DNA from: an uncultured Candidatus Saccharibacteria bacterium
Lineage (GTDB): Bacteria; Patescibacteriota; Doudnabacteria; UBA920
Reading direction: 5' to 3'
DNA length: 64,000 nt
Assembly (NCBI GenBank): GCA_964612745.1
Contig: CAZTCH010000005.1
Span: forward strand, 5,448 to 69,447
The notes below the pieces were generated by a model, which saw only the letters and a program-made list of their open reading frames with translations, did not search any database and had not been told where the DNA came from. Positions 1 to 9,400 of the stretch are shown here, piece by piece. Position 1 is the first letter of the stretch, and the number at the start of each line of letters is the position of its first letter. Made by a program: the position numbers and the translations under genes.

Positions 1-1132
1 GAATACCAATCAAATCTGCATCTGCAAATTTTTCCCCAGCCGAAGCCGTTGCGCGGTCATCGAACAACACTTCTACTCCTGCTTTCGTCAAGGTATCGTA
101 CAGATTTTCCGCTGCAGCCATCACTGCTTCGCCTTCTTTCCCCGCAAGCGCCAACAAATGCACTTTAAACGGTGCAACACTCTCTGGCCAGATTAACCCT
201 TTCTCATCTGCGCATTTTTCTGCTATCACACCCATCAGTCGGCTCACTCCAATACCATAGCACCCCATAATTGGGTACTGCTTTTCACCTTGCTCATCGG
301 TGTAGCTTAGATTAAAATCTTTGCCATATTTCTGACCGAGATCAAACACATTACCCACCTCAGAAGCCTTGGCCCGAGCCAGGACACCACCGCACGTCCG
401 TGGACATGCAGCGCCTTCGGTTAGTTCAGAAATTTCTGTGTTCACACAAAAATCACACACACCACAATACAAAATATCGTCTTCACCTGCATCGGTCAGC
501 ACCATAAACTCATAGGAGATTTTCTTGCTAAAACTACCGCCAGAGGCTTCGGTAGCTTTTGCCACTAAGCCTGCTTTTTCGTACACCCGAAAATACGCTT
601 GTTTTACTTCTGCATAAAACCGATCAAAATCAGCTTGCGTTGCGTGAAAGCTGTACATATCTTTCATTAAAAACTCACGCCCCCTGAGCAAACCAGACTT
701 CGCTCGTAGTTCGTCTCGAAATTTCCAATGTATCTGGTAGACAGCCAAAGGCAAATCTTTGTACGATTGGACACGACTCATGACTAGCGGGGTTACCACT
801 TCTTCTTCACTTTGACCTAAAGCATACTCTCGCTCAGTGCGAGAATGTATCTTAAAAAGCACATCAATAGACTTCCACCCACCAGTAGTCTCCCACACTT
901 CTTTTGGGTGCAACATTGCCATAAGCACTTCCTGCCCACCCACTGTATTCATTTCAGTGCGTACGATTGCAGAAATTTTTTGCAGCACTCGCAAGCCAAG
1001 CGGTAGATAGCTGTATACACCCGCCATTAACTTATCGACATACCCTGCCTGCTCAAGCAAACGGCCATTCACCGTTGGTTCATCGGTGGAAGTTGTTTTA
1101 CTTGTTTTTAAAAAAAGTTTTGATTGTCTCAT
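1..1132 (-). CDS. proS: Prolyl-tRNA synthetase (3' end runs off the window)
   Basis: Manual translation from the ATG at 1132 gives MRQSKLFLKT...LLEQAGYVDKLMAG, then WKFRDELRAKSGLLRGREFLMKDMYSFH, GNVFDLG, MGCYGIGVSR and GLIWPESVAPF. These are class II ProRS motifs. Confidence 0.95.
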   Translation of the reverse strand, partial: MRQSKLFLKTSKTTSTDEPTVNGRLLEQAGYVDKLMAGVYSYLPLGLRVLQKISAIVRTEMNTVGGQEVLMAMLHPKEVWETTGGWKSIDVLFKIHSRTEREYALGQSEEEVVTPLVMSRVQSYKDLPLAVYQIHWKFRDELRAKSGLLRGREFLMKDMYSFHATQADFDRFYAEVKQAYFRVYEKAGLVAKATEASGGSFSKKISYEFMVLTDAGEDDILYCGVCDFCVNTEISELTEGAACPRTCGGVLARAKASEVGNVFDLGQKYGKDFNLSYTDEQGEKQYPIMGCYGIGVSRLMGVIAEKCADEKGLIWPESVAPFKVHLLALAGKEGEAVMAAAENLYDTLTKAGVEVLFDDRATASAGEKFADADLIGI

Positions 1133-1135
1133 ATA

Positions 1136-1236
1136 TACAGATCTACGAATCAAACCGATCTACAGATACCTACAGATACCAGCCAACCGGACAATATCCG
1201 TAGGTATCCGTAGATTCGTATGCCATCTGCAGATCA
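1136..1236. repeat. Gene-less imperfect inverted array of ~10-bp TAC(A/G)GAT units (related to the GxxExxY flanks)
   Basis: tacagatctacgaatc...tacagatacctacagatac followed by tatccgtaggtatccgtagattcgta...atctgcag. It fills the rseP-proS gap. Confidence 0.75.
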
Positions 1237-1241
1237 GCGTA

Positions 1242-2381
1242 TTACTTAAATAACTTACCAATAAAACTAAAACCGTTAAAATCATTCACCGTCACCACTA
1301 CCATAAGGAGTAACAGTGCCAAGAAACCCACTACATTCACCGTTTGTTCCAACTGCGGGTTGTTTGGCTTCCTGCGGATTTTCTCAATCAACAAGAACAG
1401 TACCCTTCCTCCATCAAGCGCAGGAATAGGTAGCGCATTCAAAACCGCCAAATTCAGAGAGAGAAATGCAGCGAATTGGAGTAGGTACACAAACCCCAAC
1501 CGACTCGCCTGTCCAGTGAGCTGTGCAATTTTAACTGGCCCCCCAACTTGAGACAGCTCAACCCCGCCACTCACCATCTGACCTAACCCCTCTACAATTG
1601 CCCACAGTTGTGAGCCAGTAAAGGAAAGTGCCACGACGGGTGCTTTATACCACGGGTACGAAAGCTTCCCCACCGTGCCCAGTGCAATCCCTGTCGGACC
1701 TTCACCCGCCGGTGGCTCTGCGAGCGAAGCAACTGCTATTTGCAATGGAGCGTCCCCTCGCTCAATAGAAAATTGTATAGTGGAACCCTTGCGAGGCAAA
1801 ATATATTCTTGTATCTCACGCACCGAGGTTACCCCTGCTTCATCAAGCTTCACCACAACATCCCCAATTTGCAAACCAGCACGAGCCGCAGGAGATTCTG
1901 GCTTTACCTCTACAATAGTCACTTTCGGCGTAGTCATCTGCGCACCTGCAGGCAGTGTTGTTTCGGCATCGAACACCGTTGGCACACCAACAAACAAAAC
2001 AATAGTAAGCAATACCCATGCCAGTACCACGTTCATGGTTACCCCAGCCAATAACGTTGCTAAACGAGCAAAGAACGACTTTTTTGAAAAACTGTTTGGG
2101 TTATCTGGTTCGTCGTTATTCTCTCCAACAATCTTTACAAACCCACCAAGTGGGATTGCGTTAATAGAGTACACTGTACCAAGTGCGTCAGGAGGAGTCT
2201 TTGGTCCAAAGACTACCTTTTTCCCGTTCGGCCCGGTGTAAAACCCAATCACTCGAGGGGGAAACCCAAAACCAAACTCATCTACCTGCATCCCACTTCG
2301 TTTAGCTACCAAAAAATGCCCGAGCTCATGCACGAACACCAGCAACCCCAGAACAGCAATAAAAATTAAAATAGTAATCAT
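1242..2381 (-). CDS. rseP: RIP metalloprotease RseP (M50 family with PDZ domain)
   Basis: HELGH zinc motif, NAIPLGGFVKI, PDZ segment, LNALPIPALDGG. Confidence 0.95.
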   Translation of the reverse strand: MITILIFIAVLGLLVFVHELGHFLVAKRSGMQVDEFGFGFPPRVIGFYTGPNGKKVVFGPKTPPDALGTVYSINAIPLGGFVKIVGENNDEPDNPNSFSKKSFFARLATLLAGVTMNVVLAWVLLTIVLFVGVPTVFDAETTLPAGAQMTTPKVTIVEVKPESPAARAGLQIGDVVVKLDEAGVTSVREIQEYILPRKGSTIQFSIERGDAPLQIAVASLAEPPAGEGPTGIALGTVGKLSYPWYKAPVVALSFTGSQLWAIVEGLGQMVSGGVELSQVGGPVKIAQLTGQASRLGFVYLLQFAAFLSLNLAVLNALPIPALDGGRVLFLLIEKIRRKPNNPQLEQTVNVVGFLALLLLMVVVTVNDFNGFSFIGKLFK

Positions 2382-2390
2382 ATTTTACAC

Positions 2391-2469
2391 AACCACGGAT
2401 TCACAGATCACACGGATAACACAGATACAGAACGGAATGAACTATCTGTGCCATCTGTGTATCTGTGGT
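2391..2469. repeat. Gene-less CAC(A/G)GAT inverted array (same family as the GxxExxY flanks)
   Basis: accacggattcacagatcacacggataacacagata ... tatctgtgccatctgtgtatctgtggt. The right arm matches 29778-29795. Confidence 0.85.
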
Positions 2470-3027
2470 CTATACGGTCATTACTTCTTTTTCTTTCTCT
2501 TCTACAATGTGCTTGATTTGCGCGTTGTAGCCATCGACTAAGTCTTGTATTTTCTTTTGCAACGCTGCTACATCGTCTTTGGTTGCATCACCATCTGCTT
2601 CTGCGCGCTTCGCTGCTTTCAAAATATCTTCGCGTACGTTACGAATACCTATGCGTGCTTTTTCCGCCAACTGACCAACTACTTTCACCAACTCCTTACG
2701 ACGCTGCTCTGTAAGTGACGGCAAAGTAATGCGCAGCAACTGCCCATCGCTCGACGGGTTCAAGCCTAAATTAGCCGCACCAATTGCTTTGTCGATTGCC
2801 GGCAACAAACCTTTATCCCACGGCGTCACCACCAAGGTTTTGCTATCTGATACAGAAATACTTGCCACCTGCCCAATAGGCTGTGTGGCACCATATGCTT
2901 CTACCATCACACTATTCAGCAGTGCTGGGTTCGCACGTCCAGTCCGAATCCCAACCAAGTCTTCGTGTAAGTGTTCGAGTGTCTTTTCGAATTGTGCTTT
3001 ATGCTCTGCCAGAGAAGAATCGTTCAT
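2470..3027 (-). CDS. frr: Ribosome recycling factor
   Basis: IRTGRANP, LTEQRRKELVK, IRNVR; 185 aa. Confidence 0.97.
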   Translation of the reverse strand: MNDSSLAEHKAQFEKTLEHLHEDLVGIRTGRANPALLNSVMVEAYGATQPIGQVASISVSDSKTLVVTPWDKGLLPAIDKAIGAANLGLNPSSDGQLLRITLPSLTEQRRKELVKVVGQLAEKARIGIRNVREDILKAAKRAEADGDATKDDVAALQKKIQDLVDGYNAQIKHIVEEKEKEVMTV

Positions 3028-3063
3028 GGTTCTATAATCTACTTTAACTAAAAATTAAGGCGC

Positions 3064-4212
3064 TTATCGTGTACCAATAAACCCCATATACGCCACAGAA
3101 GAGAGCGTTGAGTCTACTAAAATATAGTTGATAGTGGCACTTGTGGCAATAGCGGTCACTTGCCACGAACTGCCCGCATTTGTGGTTTTATACAAGGTAT
3201 TTCCCACAGAAGCATACACCACACCTGATTCGCTACCCAAAGCGAGCCCCCTCACTTCGGTCGCGTCTGCACTTCGGATAGGCAACTTCATATATTGCCA
3301 ATTTTCTCCACCGTCAGCACTAGAGAATAGCCCATTATTTGCCCCCACAAAGATCTGTGCCGGATTATCCCCGATCGCCACCTTATAAAACGTATTGGTT
3401 GGTTGTGTCGGTATTTCTATCTCTGCTACTGTGGTGTCATCTTGGAGTGGGTTCAGTTCGCGTAAGCGTTTTTGCCACTCGCTAAAATCGAGTAGTGGTT
3501 TGGAAATACTTTCGATGGTCGTGGCTCGGTCTGCGCTTTTATACAACCCTTTCGATTTCGTTAAAATAAACAGCGTGCGGTTCTTGTGCCAGATAAGCTG
3601 TGTGACTTGGTCTTGAAAATTCTGCAACAGCGACCACGTCGTTCCCGCATCGCGACTCAACAACAAGTTCCCCGCAGTTGTACCGACTACCAGCGTCTTG
3701 GAATCGGCAGGATCAATAGCAATACTTCGAGCAATGTTGCCTGCTGCAGCATCTGTGTAAACCGACTCCCATGACTTACCACCATTTTCGCTCACCAACA
3801 CCTTTGCCTGATTCTGTGCTCTACCGGCTACAAAAATACGCTCAGGGTTCGTTGGATCTACAACCATATCGTACGCAGCAAAGTCAGACAAAATCTGGCT
3901 CCATGAATCTGCGGCGTTATCGGTAAGGAACACCCCGTTTGTTTGGGTTGCCGCATACAGCTTCTTTGTATTCTCGGGAGCAAATCGTAACGAAAATACA
4001 CTCCCAGAAGCCAATGGAGAATCTGTCTGCTTAGCTTTCTTTTTGGCGGTACTCGGCAACGTTGCTTTATTGGCAAACACCCAGTCGTTGCCTCCGTTGG
4101 TTGTCTTCGCAACCCCTGCACCAGCGGTACCGGTAGCAAAAGGACTCGCACACCCTGCAGCCAACAAGCATATACTCGCAACTACACTAAATTTTTTTGC
4201 TCTCATAAACAT
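3064..4212 (-). CDS. Lipoprotein with BNR/Asp-box (YCF48-like) beta-propeller
   Basis: Lipobox LAAGC; repeated S/T-x-D/N-G/A-G-x-x-W boxes. The start codon is uncertain. Confidence 0.8.
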   Translation of the reverse strand: MFMRAKKFSVVASICLLAAGCASPFATGTAGAGVAKTTNGGNDWVFANKATLPSTAKKKAKQTDSPLASGSVFSLRFAPENTKKLYAATQTNGVFLTDNAADSWSQILSDFAAYDMVVDPTNPERIFVAGRAQNQAKVLVSENGGKSWESVYTDAAAGNIARSIAIDPADSKTLVVGTTAGNLLLSRDAGTTWSLLQNFQDQVTQLIWHKNRTLFILTKSKGLYKSADRATTIESISKPLLDFSEWQKRLRELNPLQDDTTVAEIEIPTQPTNTFYKVAIGDNPAQIFVGANNGLFSSADGGENWQYMKLPIRSADATEVRGLALGSESGVVYASVGNTLYKTTNAGSSWQVTAIATSATINYILVDSTLSSVAYMGFIGTR

Positions 4213-4219
4213 ATTTGTT

Positions 4220-5029
4220 TTATACATGGAGACATACATACTCGCACACTAATTTTCTATTTGCATTTGCTTTTAAGCGATGGAGCGCTTCTGCCAAAAC
4301 AGACAACCGGTGCGCCGCTTCTGGACCATGCAATTCCATTCGTTGCAAACGCAACCAAAAAGTAAATTTTTCTTGCAATACTGGTACTTCTTCCCCTGCT
4401 AACCGTTGGGAAACCAGCAGTCGCACAAAGTCATCGGCATGAACCAATGTTGCCCATTCTTTTTTCCACACTTCCAGTGCGTCGGCTGTGCCTGCCGCAA
4501 CTCGCGCCAATAGCTCTCCAGGGCTCAGTAGTCCTTCGAATCCTACAGGTGCACCACCGTGCATTGCAACGACCTGCTGTGCGTCTTCCGCAGAAAGGTT
4601 ACCAAAATAGAAAGTTGCACACCGGGACCGGATAGTAGGCAGTACGTTATTCTCTGCACTCAGCAAGAAAAAGTACGTATGCTGCGGTGGTTCTTCCAGC
4701 GTCTTCAGAAGTGTGTTTGCCATTACTACAGTGAGCGATTCTGCGTGTTGCAACACCACCACTTGCGCACGTGCCCCAGCTGGTAAATAGGTGGTCGTTG
4801 TCAAAAAATCCCGAAACGATTCTATATTTCCAGCGGCAACATCGAACTCTAAGATACTGTGTGTTTCTGCTCCCAAAAAATGAGCCACTTCGTGCACGAG
4901 AGTAGCCTTTCCCACTCCAGAAGGCCCAATACAGAGAACAGCTTGTGGGAAATTACCCGCACGCAACCCTTGTTCGAATCGCTGTTTTATTGCTGTATGC
5001 CCAATTGTTTGCCATGCATATTCTTGCAT
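4220..5029 (-). CDS. holB: DNA polymerase III delta' subunit
   Basis: GPSGVGK, ANTLLKTLEEPP, LPTIRSRC. Confidence 0.9.
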   Translation of the reverse strand: MQEYAWQTIGHTAIKQRFEQGLRAGNFPQAVLCIGPSGVGKATLVHEVAHFLGAETHSILEFDVAAGNIESFRDFLTTTTYLPAGARAQVVVLQHAESLTVVMANTLLKTLEEPPQHTYFFLLSAENNVLPTIRSRCATFYFGNLSAEDAQQVVAMHGGAPVGFEGLLSPGELLARVAAGTADALEVWKKEWATLVHADDFVRLLVSQRLAGEEVPVLQEKFTFWLRLQRMELHGPEAAHRLSVLAEALHRLKANANRKLVCEYVCLHV

Positions 5030-5034
5030 ATAGG

Positions 5035-5553
5035 TTACTCCCTCACTTCGACAGTGCCGGTACTACTTGACTGCAGCATATCTCCATACGGCCACACCCC
5101 AGCTTTTTGAAAGGTAAATTGAAATTCTCCACCAGAAGCCACAGGCGCTGGCGCAGCAAAAGCTGGATACTCTACACTTTTTGGTTGGAAAGGTTTTTCT
5201 GAACTATTCCGAAAAATAACAATGTCACCTACACGGACGCGCACTTGCTTCGGAGTAAAACTAACTCCATTGTATTCAACCGCAAACACTTGCGTATCGA
5301 CACCTAGTTGTTCTTCTTCTGCAGTAAACGTTCCAGTCACTACTTTTTCCGTTGGGGTGGGAGTTGGAGTAGGCGCTGGAGTAGCAGTCACTGTCGGCGT
5401 AGGCTGCCCCAAAGTAGTTTTAACTGTCGGAGTGGGTACTACTTCTACCTGCTCAGACGCAGGACTCGTCATGGGCCGGGTTAGCACCAACACGACCGCA
5501 CCCAAAACCACACACAGTACGATAACCGCAGGGATTATTTTTTTGGTTTTCAT
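5035..5553 (-). CDS. Membrane-anchored cupredoxin-fold protein
   Basis: N-terminal TM, Pro/Thr linker, FTPKQVRVRVGDIVIFRN...FQFTFQKAGVWPY. Start chosen at MKTKK. Confidence 0.7.
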   Translation of the reverse strand: MKTKKIIPAVIVLCVVLGAVVLVLTRPMTSPASEQVEVVPTPTVKTTLGQPTPTVTATPAPTPTPTPTEKVVTGTFTAEEEQLGVDTQVFAVEYNGVSFTPKQVRVRVGDIVIFRNSSEKPFQPKSVEYPAFAAPAPVASGGEFQFTFQKAGVWPYGDMLQSSSTGTVEVRE

Positions 5554-5638
5554 GTTGTGTTGCCCAACGGAAAACACAGACTGTATCTGTATTTTTACCA
5601 ATAATATCTATATACTTATTGTACCATAGGCACACTAT

Positions 5639-6877
5639 ATGAGTATTTCCACCCTTCATGTCGTCATTGGCCCTACAGCCAGTGGAAAAAGTGAATACGC
5701 CGTCACCCTCGCAAGCCAACTGAACGGTGAAATTATTTCGGCAGACTCCCGCCAAGTCTACCGCGGGCTTGATATTGGCAGCGGCAAGGTGGAAGGAGCA
5801 TGGAAGCCAGTACCGAGTAACGAGTTGCGAGTAACGAGAAAGCGGGAAGATGCAACCCCTCAAAACCAATCTAACCTTACATCGAAAAAGAAAACCCTAT
5901 CTAATTTGTCATTGCACAGGCAAGCGCCCTCTAATTTGTCATTGCAGAGGCAAGCTTTCTCTAATTTGTCATTGCGAGGAAGCTTTGTGACGAAGCAATC
6001 TACAGAACCACCCAGTCAAAAGTCGTCACGTCTTAATGTCTTCACGTCAGAAGAAAATTGGAAATTAAAAATTGAAAATTCTCTATACGTTTACAAAAAC
6101 ATTCCACACCACTGCATAGATTTTGTTGACCCCAACTACCAGTACACGGTTGCAGATTTCAAGCGCGACGCAGAACAAGCCATTGCAGACATTGTCGCTC
6201 GCGGAAAAACCCCAATTCTTTGTGGCGGCACTGGTCAATACATAGACGCGATAGTGTTTTCCCAAACACTCCCAGAAGCAAAACCAAATCCTAAGCTCCG
6301 CAAAGAGCTAGAAACTAAATCCATCGAAGAATTATTTGCACTCCTACAAAGCCAAGATCCAGAGCGTGCAGCAAACATTGACCCACATAACCCGCGCAGA
6401 CTCATCCGTGCACTAGAAATTATTCACGAGACAGGCAAGCCGGTACCACCATCAGCAAAGGGTAACCCTTTTGCTGCAAAAGGGTTACCCTTTGTGCCAG
6501 TAATACATTACCTGAACCCACCAAGAGCAGAACTGTACGCAAAAATAGAAACACGACTTCGCGAGCGCGTAGTACAAGGCATGCTCGAAGAAGTAGCACA
6601 GCTACACGCGCAAGGCGTTTCGTGGGAACGCATGGAAGACTTCGGACTAGAATACCGCTACACCTCTCGCTTTCTCCAAGCCCAAAGTATTGCCTCCCCT
6701 CCTAGAATAGGAGGGATTGGGGGTGGTAGATCACACCAAGAAAACCAACCAGCTGAAGCTATTTCTCAGTTATTCCTTGATTCAGCTTTTTTCCAAGAGT
6801 TACTCACCCAAATCAAACACTACGCCAAGCGGCAGCAAACATGGTTCAAAAAGTACGAACCGGCAGAAAAAATATAG
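5639..6877 (+). CDS. miaA: tRNA dimethylallyltransferase, enlarged by three in-frame repeat-derived insertions
   Basis: GPTASGKS, SADSRQVY, IPHH, GGTGQY, RRLIRALE, YAKRQQTWF; 412 aa against about 300 aa typical. Confidence 0.95.
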   Translation: MSISTLHVVIGPTASGKSEYAVTLASQLNGEIISADSRQVYRGLDIGSGKVEGAWKPVPSNELRVTRKREDATPQNQSNLTSKKKTLSNLSLHRQAPSNLSLQRQAFSNLSLRGSFVTKQSTEPPSQKSSRLNVFTSEENWKLKIENSLYVYKNIPHHCIDFVDPNYQYTVADFKRDAEQAIADIVARGKTPILCGGTGQYIDAIVFSQTLPEAKPNPKLRKELETKSIEELFALLQSQDPERAANIDPHNPRRLIRALEIIHETGKPVPPSAKGNPFAAKGLPFVPVIHYLNPPRAELYAKIETRLRERVVQGMLEEVAQLHAQGVSWERMEDFGLEYRYTSRFLQAQSIASPPRIGGIGGGRSHQENQPAEAISQLFLDSAFFQELLTQIKHYAKRQQTWFKKYEPAEKI

Positions 6878-7027
6878 CTTAAATAAGTGGTTTATTTGCC
6901 AAAACATTGACAAATACTCCTAAAAATGCCAGAATAAATAGTTGCACACCGGTGCAACTATTTTCTGTATGCAGACTTTACGTAAGTAAACCTGCATACA
7001 CCTCAGCAACCCCAGAGGAAAAAAGAA

Positions 7028-7396
7028 ATGGGATACGTAATTTTTGGTGTCTTTGTTGCCGCGTGCCTATATCTCCTCTCGGGGAGAATAGAAAAACAGC
7101 AAAAAGAGGCACAAAAAATAAGAGAGGAGCAGTCAGACAGAGTAGTCTGGCAACTCTCCTCTCGCGCAAAAAGCCAAGTAGAGAGCGCCGTACGGCTAAA
7201 AGAAGCACAGGCTCACTCACGAGCACTAGCTGCGCAAAGAACAATAAGACCAGTTCAAAGCGCTGAAAGAAAAGCGGCGATGCGAACCAAATCAAAAAAC
7301 AAAAGCTCTGCGGCTAAAACAAGCTCAAGAAATAGAAGAGCCGCAGCAGTACAGAAACGTAAAGAAAACTGGAGTTTGTTTGACCACAACTCCTAA
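7028..7396 (+). CDS. Hypothetical protein (N-terminal TM, basic tail)
   Basis: ORF with a hydrophobic N-terminus; TTGACA at 6908 upstream; same strand as the next gene. Confidence 0.5.
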   Translation: MGYVIFGVFVAACLYLLSGRIEKQQKEAQKIREEQSDRVVWQLSSRAKSQVESAVRLKEAQAHSRALAAQRTIRPVQSAERKAAMRTKSKNKSSAAKTSSRNRRAAAVQKRKENWSLFDHNS

Positions 7397-7432
7397 AAAA
7401 CAAAACCCACAAAATCATACAAAGGAGACGCC

Positions 7433-8455
7433 ATGAGAAAACTAATCATGGACTTATTCCCCACAGACCAAACAATTGCGATTTGGGTCGTGGGAGGATT
7501 GCTTATATTGTCATTAGTTGTTCTTGTGAGAAAGTCACTGACAACGAGACAATACCTGATTGCAGCCCTGATAAGCGTCGGGGCAGTGGTTACATGCAAA
7601 GTGTACTTAGGCACGAACATCCTCTCGCTCGATAACACTTGGCTTACGTTGCATCTACTCGCTGTTGCGTATGCGGCGGCGACCTGCTGGTGCAGCCGTA
7701 CTGGTGGGGGCATGTCCGGGGGAGAAACAAGTACCCTTTTCATCCTTGGACTGTTGGCTGTATTGGGCGTTGGCATGTTTTACCAAAGCACACTCAAAGC
7801 CGGTCTCGCACTTTTTGTTGTATTTGCCATCTTAGTTCCGTACTATCTCAAGTACGGCTACGAAGTAGTTAGTGACGGCTACGCAAACAGGAAGTCAGAC
7901 GTGCCAGTTCAAAAGCTGGCATTCCTAGGAGCAGCACTGCTTCTTGGCGGCGCTCTTCTCTACTACTACGCTGGTGGTGGAGTCAGTGAGAGCATCGGCT
8001 GGGTAGCCGAAAAAACCACCACCATTCTTGGTGGAGCTGCAGAAGGAGCTGCAGGAGCAGCGACGGAAGCAGCCGCCAGAAAACAAACAAAAACTGGTCA
8101 AGGTGGAAGCAAAACCGCCGACACCTCTGATTCACCCACCACCACATCAACAGCACAAATCGGTGTCCAGAGAGAGGCAACACCAGCCGAATACGCACAG
8201 CTTCGCGGCTGTTACAAGTATTCAGAAAACAAGGGTGAAGCAACCCTGCACATATTAAACACAAAAAATGAGCTGGTTCAAAGCAGTATGAAACCAGCGA
8301 AAATCATCGGTTGGGGAGCAAAAGCCCGCGCCAACATGGGCTGGAGCCTTCCATTTATTTTGTTTGGTGAAACAGACAAAAAAAAGGAGTTTCCAATCAT
8401 TTTCAACCTTGCGTCGTGCGGAAAAACATCCGCAAAGGAGGACAATTCATTTTAG
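7433..8455 (+). CDS. Hypothetical multi-pass membrane protein
   Basis: SD AAGGAG, about 6 TM segments, soluble C-terminal domain, followed by a terminator. Confidence 0.75.
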   Translation: MRKLIMDLFPTDQTIAIWVVGGLLILSLVVLVRKSLTTRQYLIAALISVGAVVTCKVYLGTNILSLDNTWLTLHLLAVAYAAATCWCSRTGGGMSGGETSTLFILGLLAVLGVGMFYQSTLKAGLALFVVFAILVPYYLKYGYEVVSDGYANRKSDVPVQKLAFLGAALLLGGALLYYYAGGGVSESIGWVAEKTTTILGGAAEGAAGAATEAAARKQTKTGQGGSKTADTSDSPTTTSTAQIGVQREATPAEYAQLRGCYKYSENKGEATLHILNTKNELVQSSMKPAKIIGWGAKARANMGWSLPFILFGETDKKKEFPIIFNLASCGKTSAKEDNSF

Positions 8456-8468
8456 TAACAACAACCAG

Positions 8469-8508
8469 AAAGAGCTGAGTGAACCGCAAGGATTACTCAG
8501 CTCTTTTG
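8469..8508 (+). terminator. Intrinsic terminator hairpin
   Basis: aaagagctgagt...actcagctctttt. Confidence 0.7.
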
Positions 8509-8612
8509 CATTTTATGTATATATTTCACCCCAGAAATTACCCATACAAAAAGTCTCTGGTCGAAAGCGCACCGCGCTGTCTACCAGAGACTTAGACTGA
8601 CTACTTCATAAA

Positions 8613-9083
8613 CTATTGTGCGCAAAGATTCACCGTTTCCCCTTCCGAGCCGAACCCGCTAAACGAATATCTGGTATTTCTTATGGTCATCTCAAATGAT
8701 TCGCCAGGCATTCGACCAGTGAATTCTGCTCGACGACAGTTCGGATAAATTTGTGTTAAGTCTTGAGGACACGCACGAAATGTCTGCCTGACCTCCCCTA
8801 CAAACAATGCATTGGGCAACTGTTTGTCTTTAGTTGCATAAATAGTTATATGCCCAACCTCTGACAGCTCACCTTTGACCCAAAAGCGATCATCTGGACA
8901 AACTGGTGTTGGAGTTGGTTTAGGCTTGTTATTGGCTCTGGCTGCTGCACCTTGTTGCTGGATTGGCCCAGCAGATTTGACTGTCACAAAACTACGTGCA
9001 GAATTTTTCGGCTCAAGAGCCCCTGCTGTTTTACAGCCAACAAACGCGCAGCACAATGCTGCGAGCATGATTATCTTTGCCAT
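8613..9083 (-). CDS. Hypothetical lipoprotein
   Basis: SD AGGAGG before MAKIIMLAALCCAFVGC (lipobox-like). Confidence 0.7.
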   Translation of the reverse strand: MAKIIMLAALCCAFVGCKTAGALEPKNSARSFVTVKSAGPIQQQGAAARANNKPKPTPTPVCPDDRFWVKGELSEVGHITIYATKDKQLPNALFVGEVRQTFRACPQDLTQIYPNCRRAEFTGRMPGESFEMTIRNTRYSFSGFGSEGETVNLCAQ

Positions 9084-9207
9084 ACTTCCTCCTGTGGCAA
9101 AATCGAACAGTATACAAACTTGCTGCACTTCTGTTAACACTGCGTTAACCAGCACAACTGGTACAGTATGCCACACCCCCACAAATTTTCAACCCCCATT
9201 TAGCAGA

Positions 9208-9400
9208 AAGCACCAAATAACAATTTTCAAATCCTAAACAAGCACCAATATCCAAATGTTAAAAATTCCAAATCTCATTTTTTGTTTAGAACTTTGTCTC
9301 CTATTTTGAATATTGGAACTTATTTGTTATTTGGAGTTTGTGATTTGGAGTTTGCTAAAGTTTGGCGTGAAGACCTTAAGACGTGAAGACGTGACGACAC
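9208..9400. repeat. Gene-less CAAAT heptamer inverted array plus a GAAGAC-type module
   Basis: aagcaccaaataacaa...ttccaaatctc / ttggaacttatttgttatttggagtttgtgatttgg, which matches the four-helix-bundle flanks. Then ggcgtgaagaccttaagacgtgaagacgtgacgac. Confidence 0.85.

Noticed and set aside
5900-6001. Three 30-bp-period repeats as a possible mini CRISPR array
   Set aside because: The units are tandem with similar 14-nt intervening parts, lie in frame within miaA, and no cas genes are in the window.
5810-6082. miaA insertion as an intein or group I/II intron
   Set aside because: No intein terminal motifs (C/S start with HN-C/S/T end) or recognisable intron core; the sequence is made of intergenic-type repeats.
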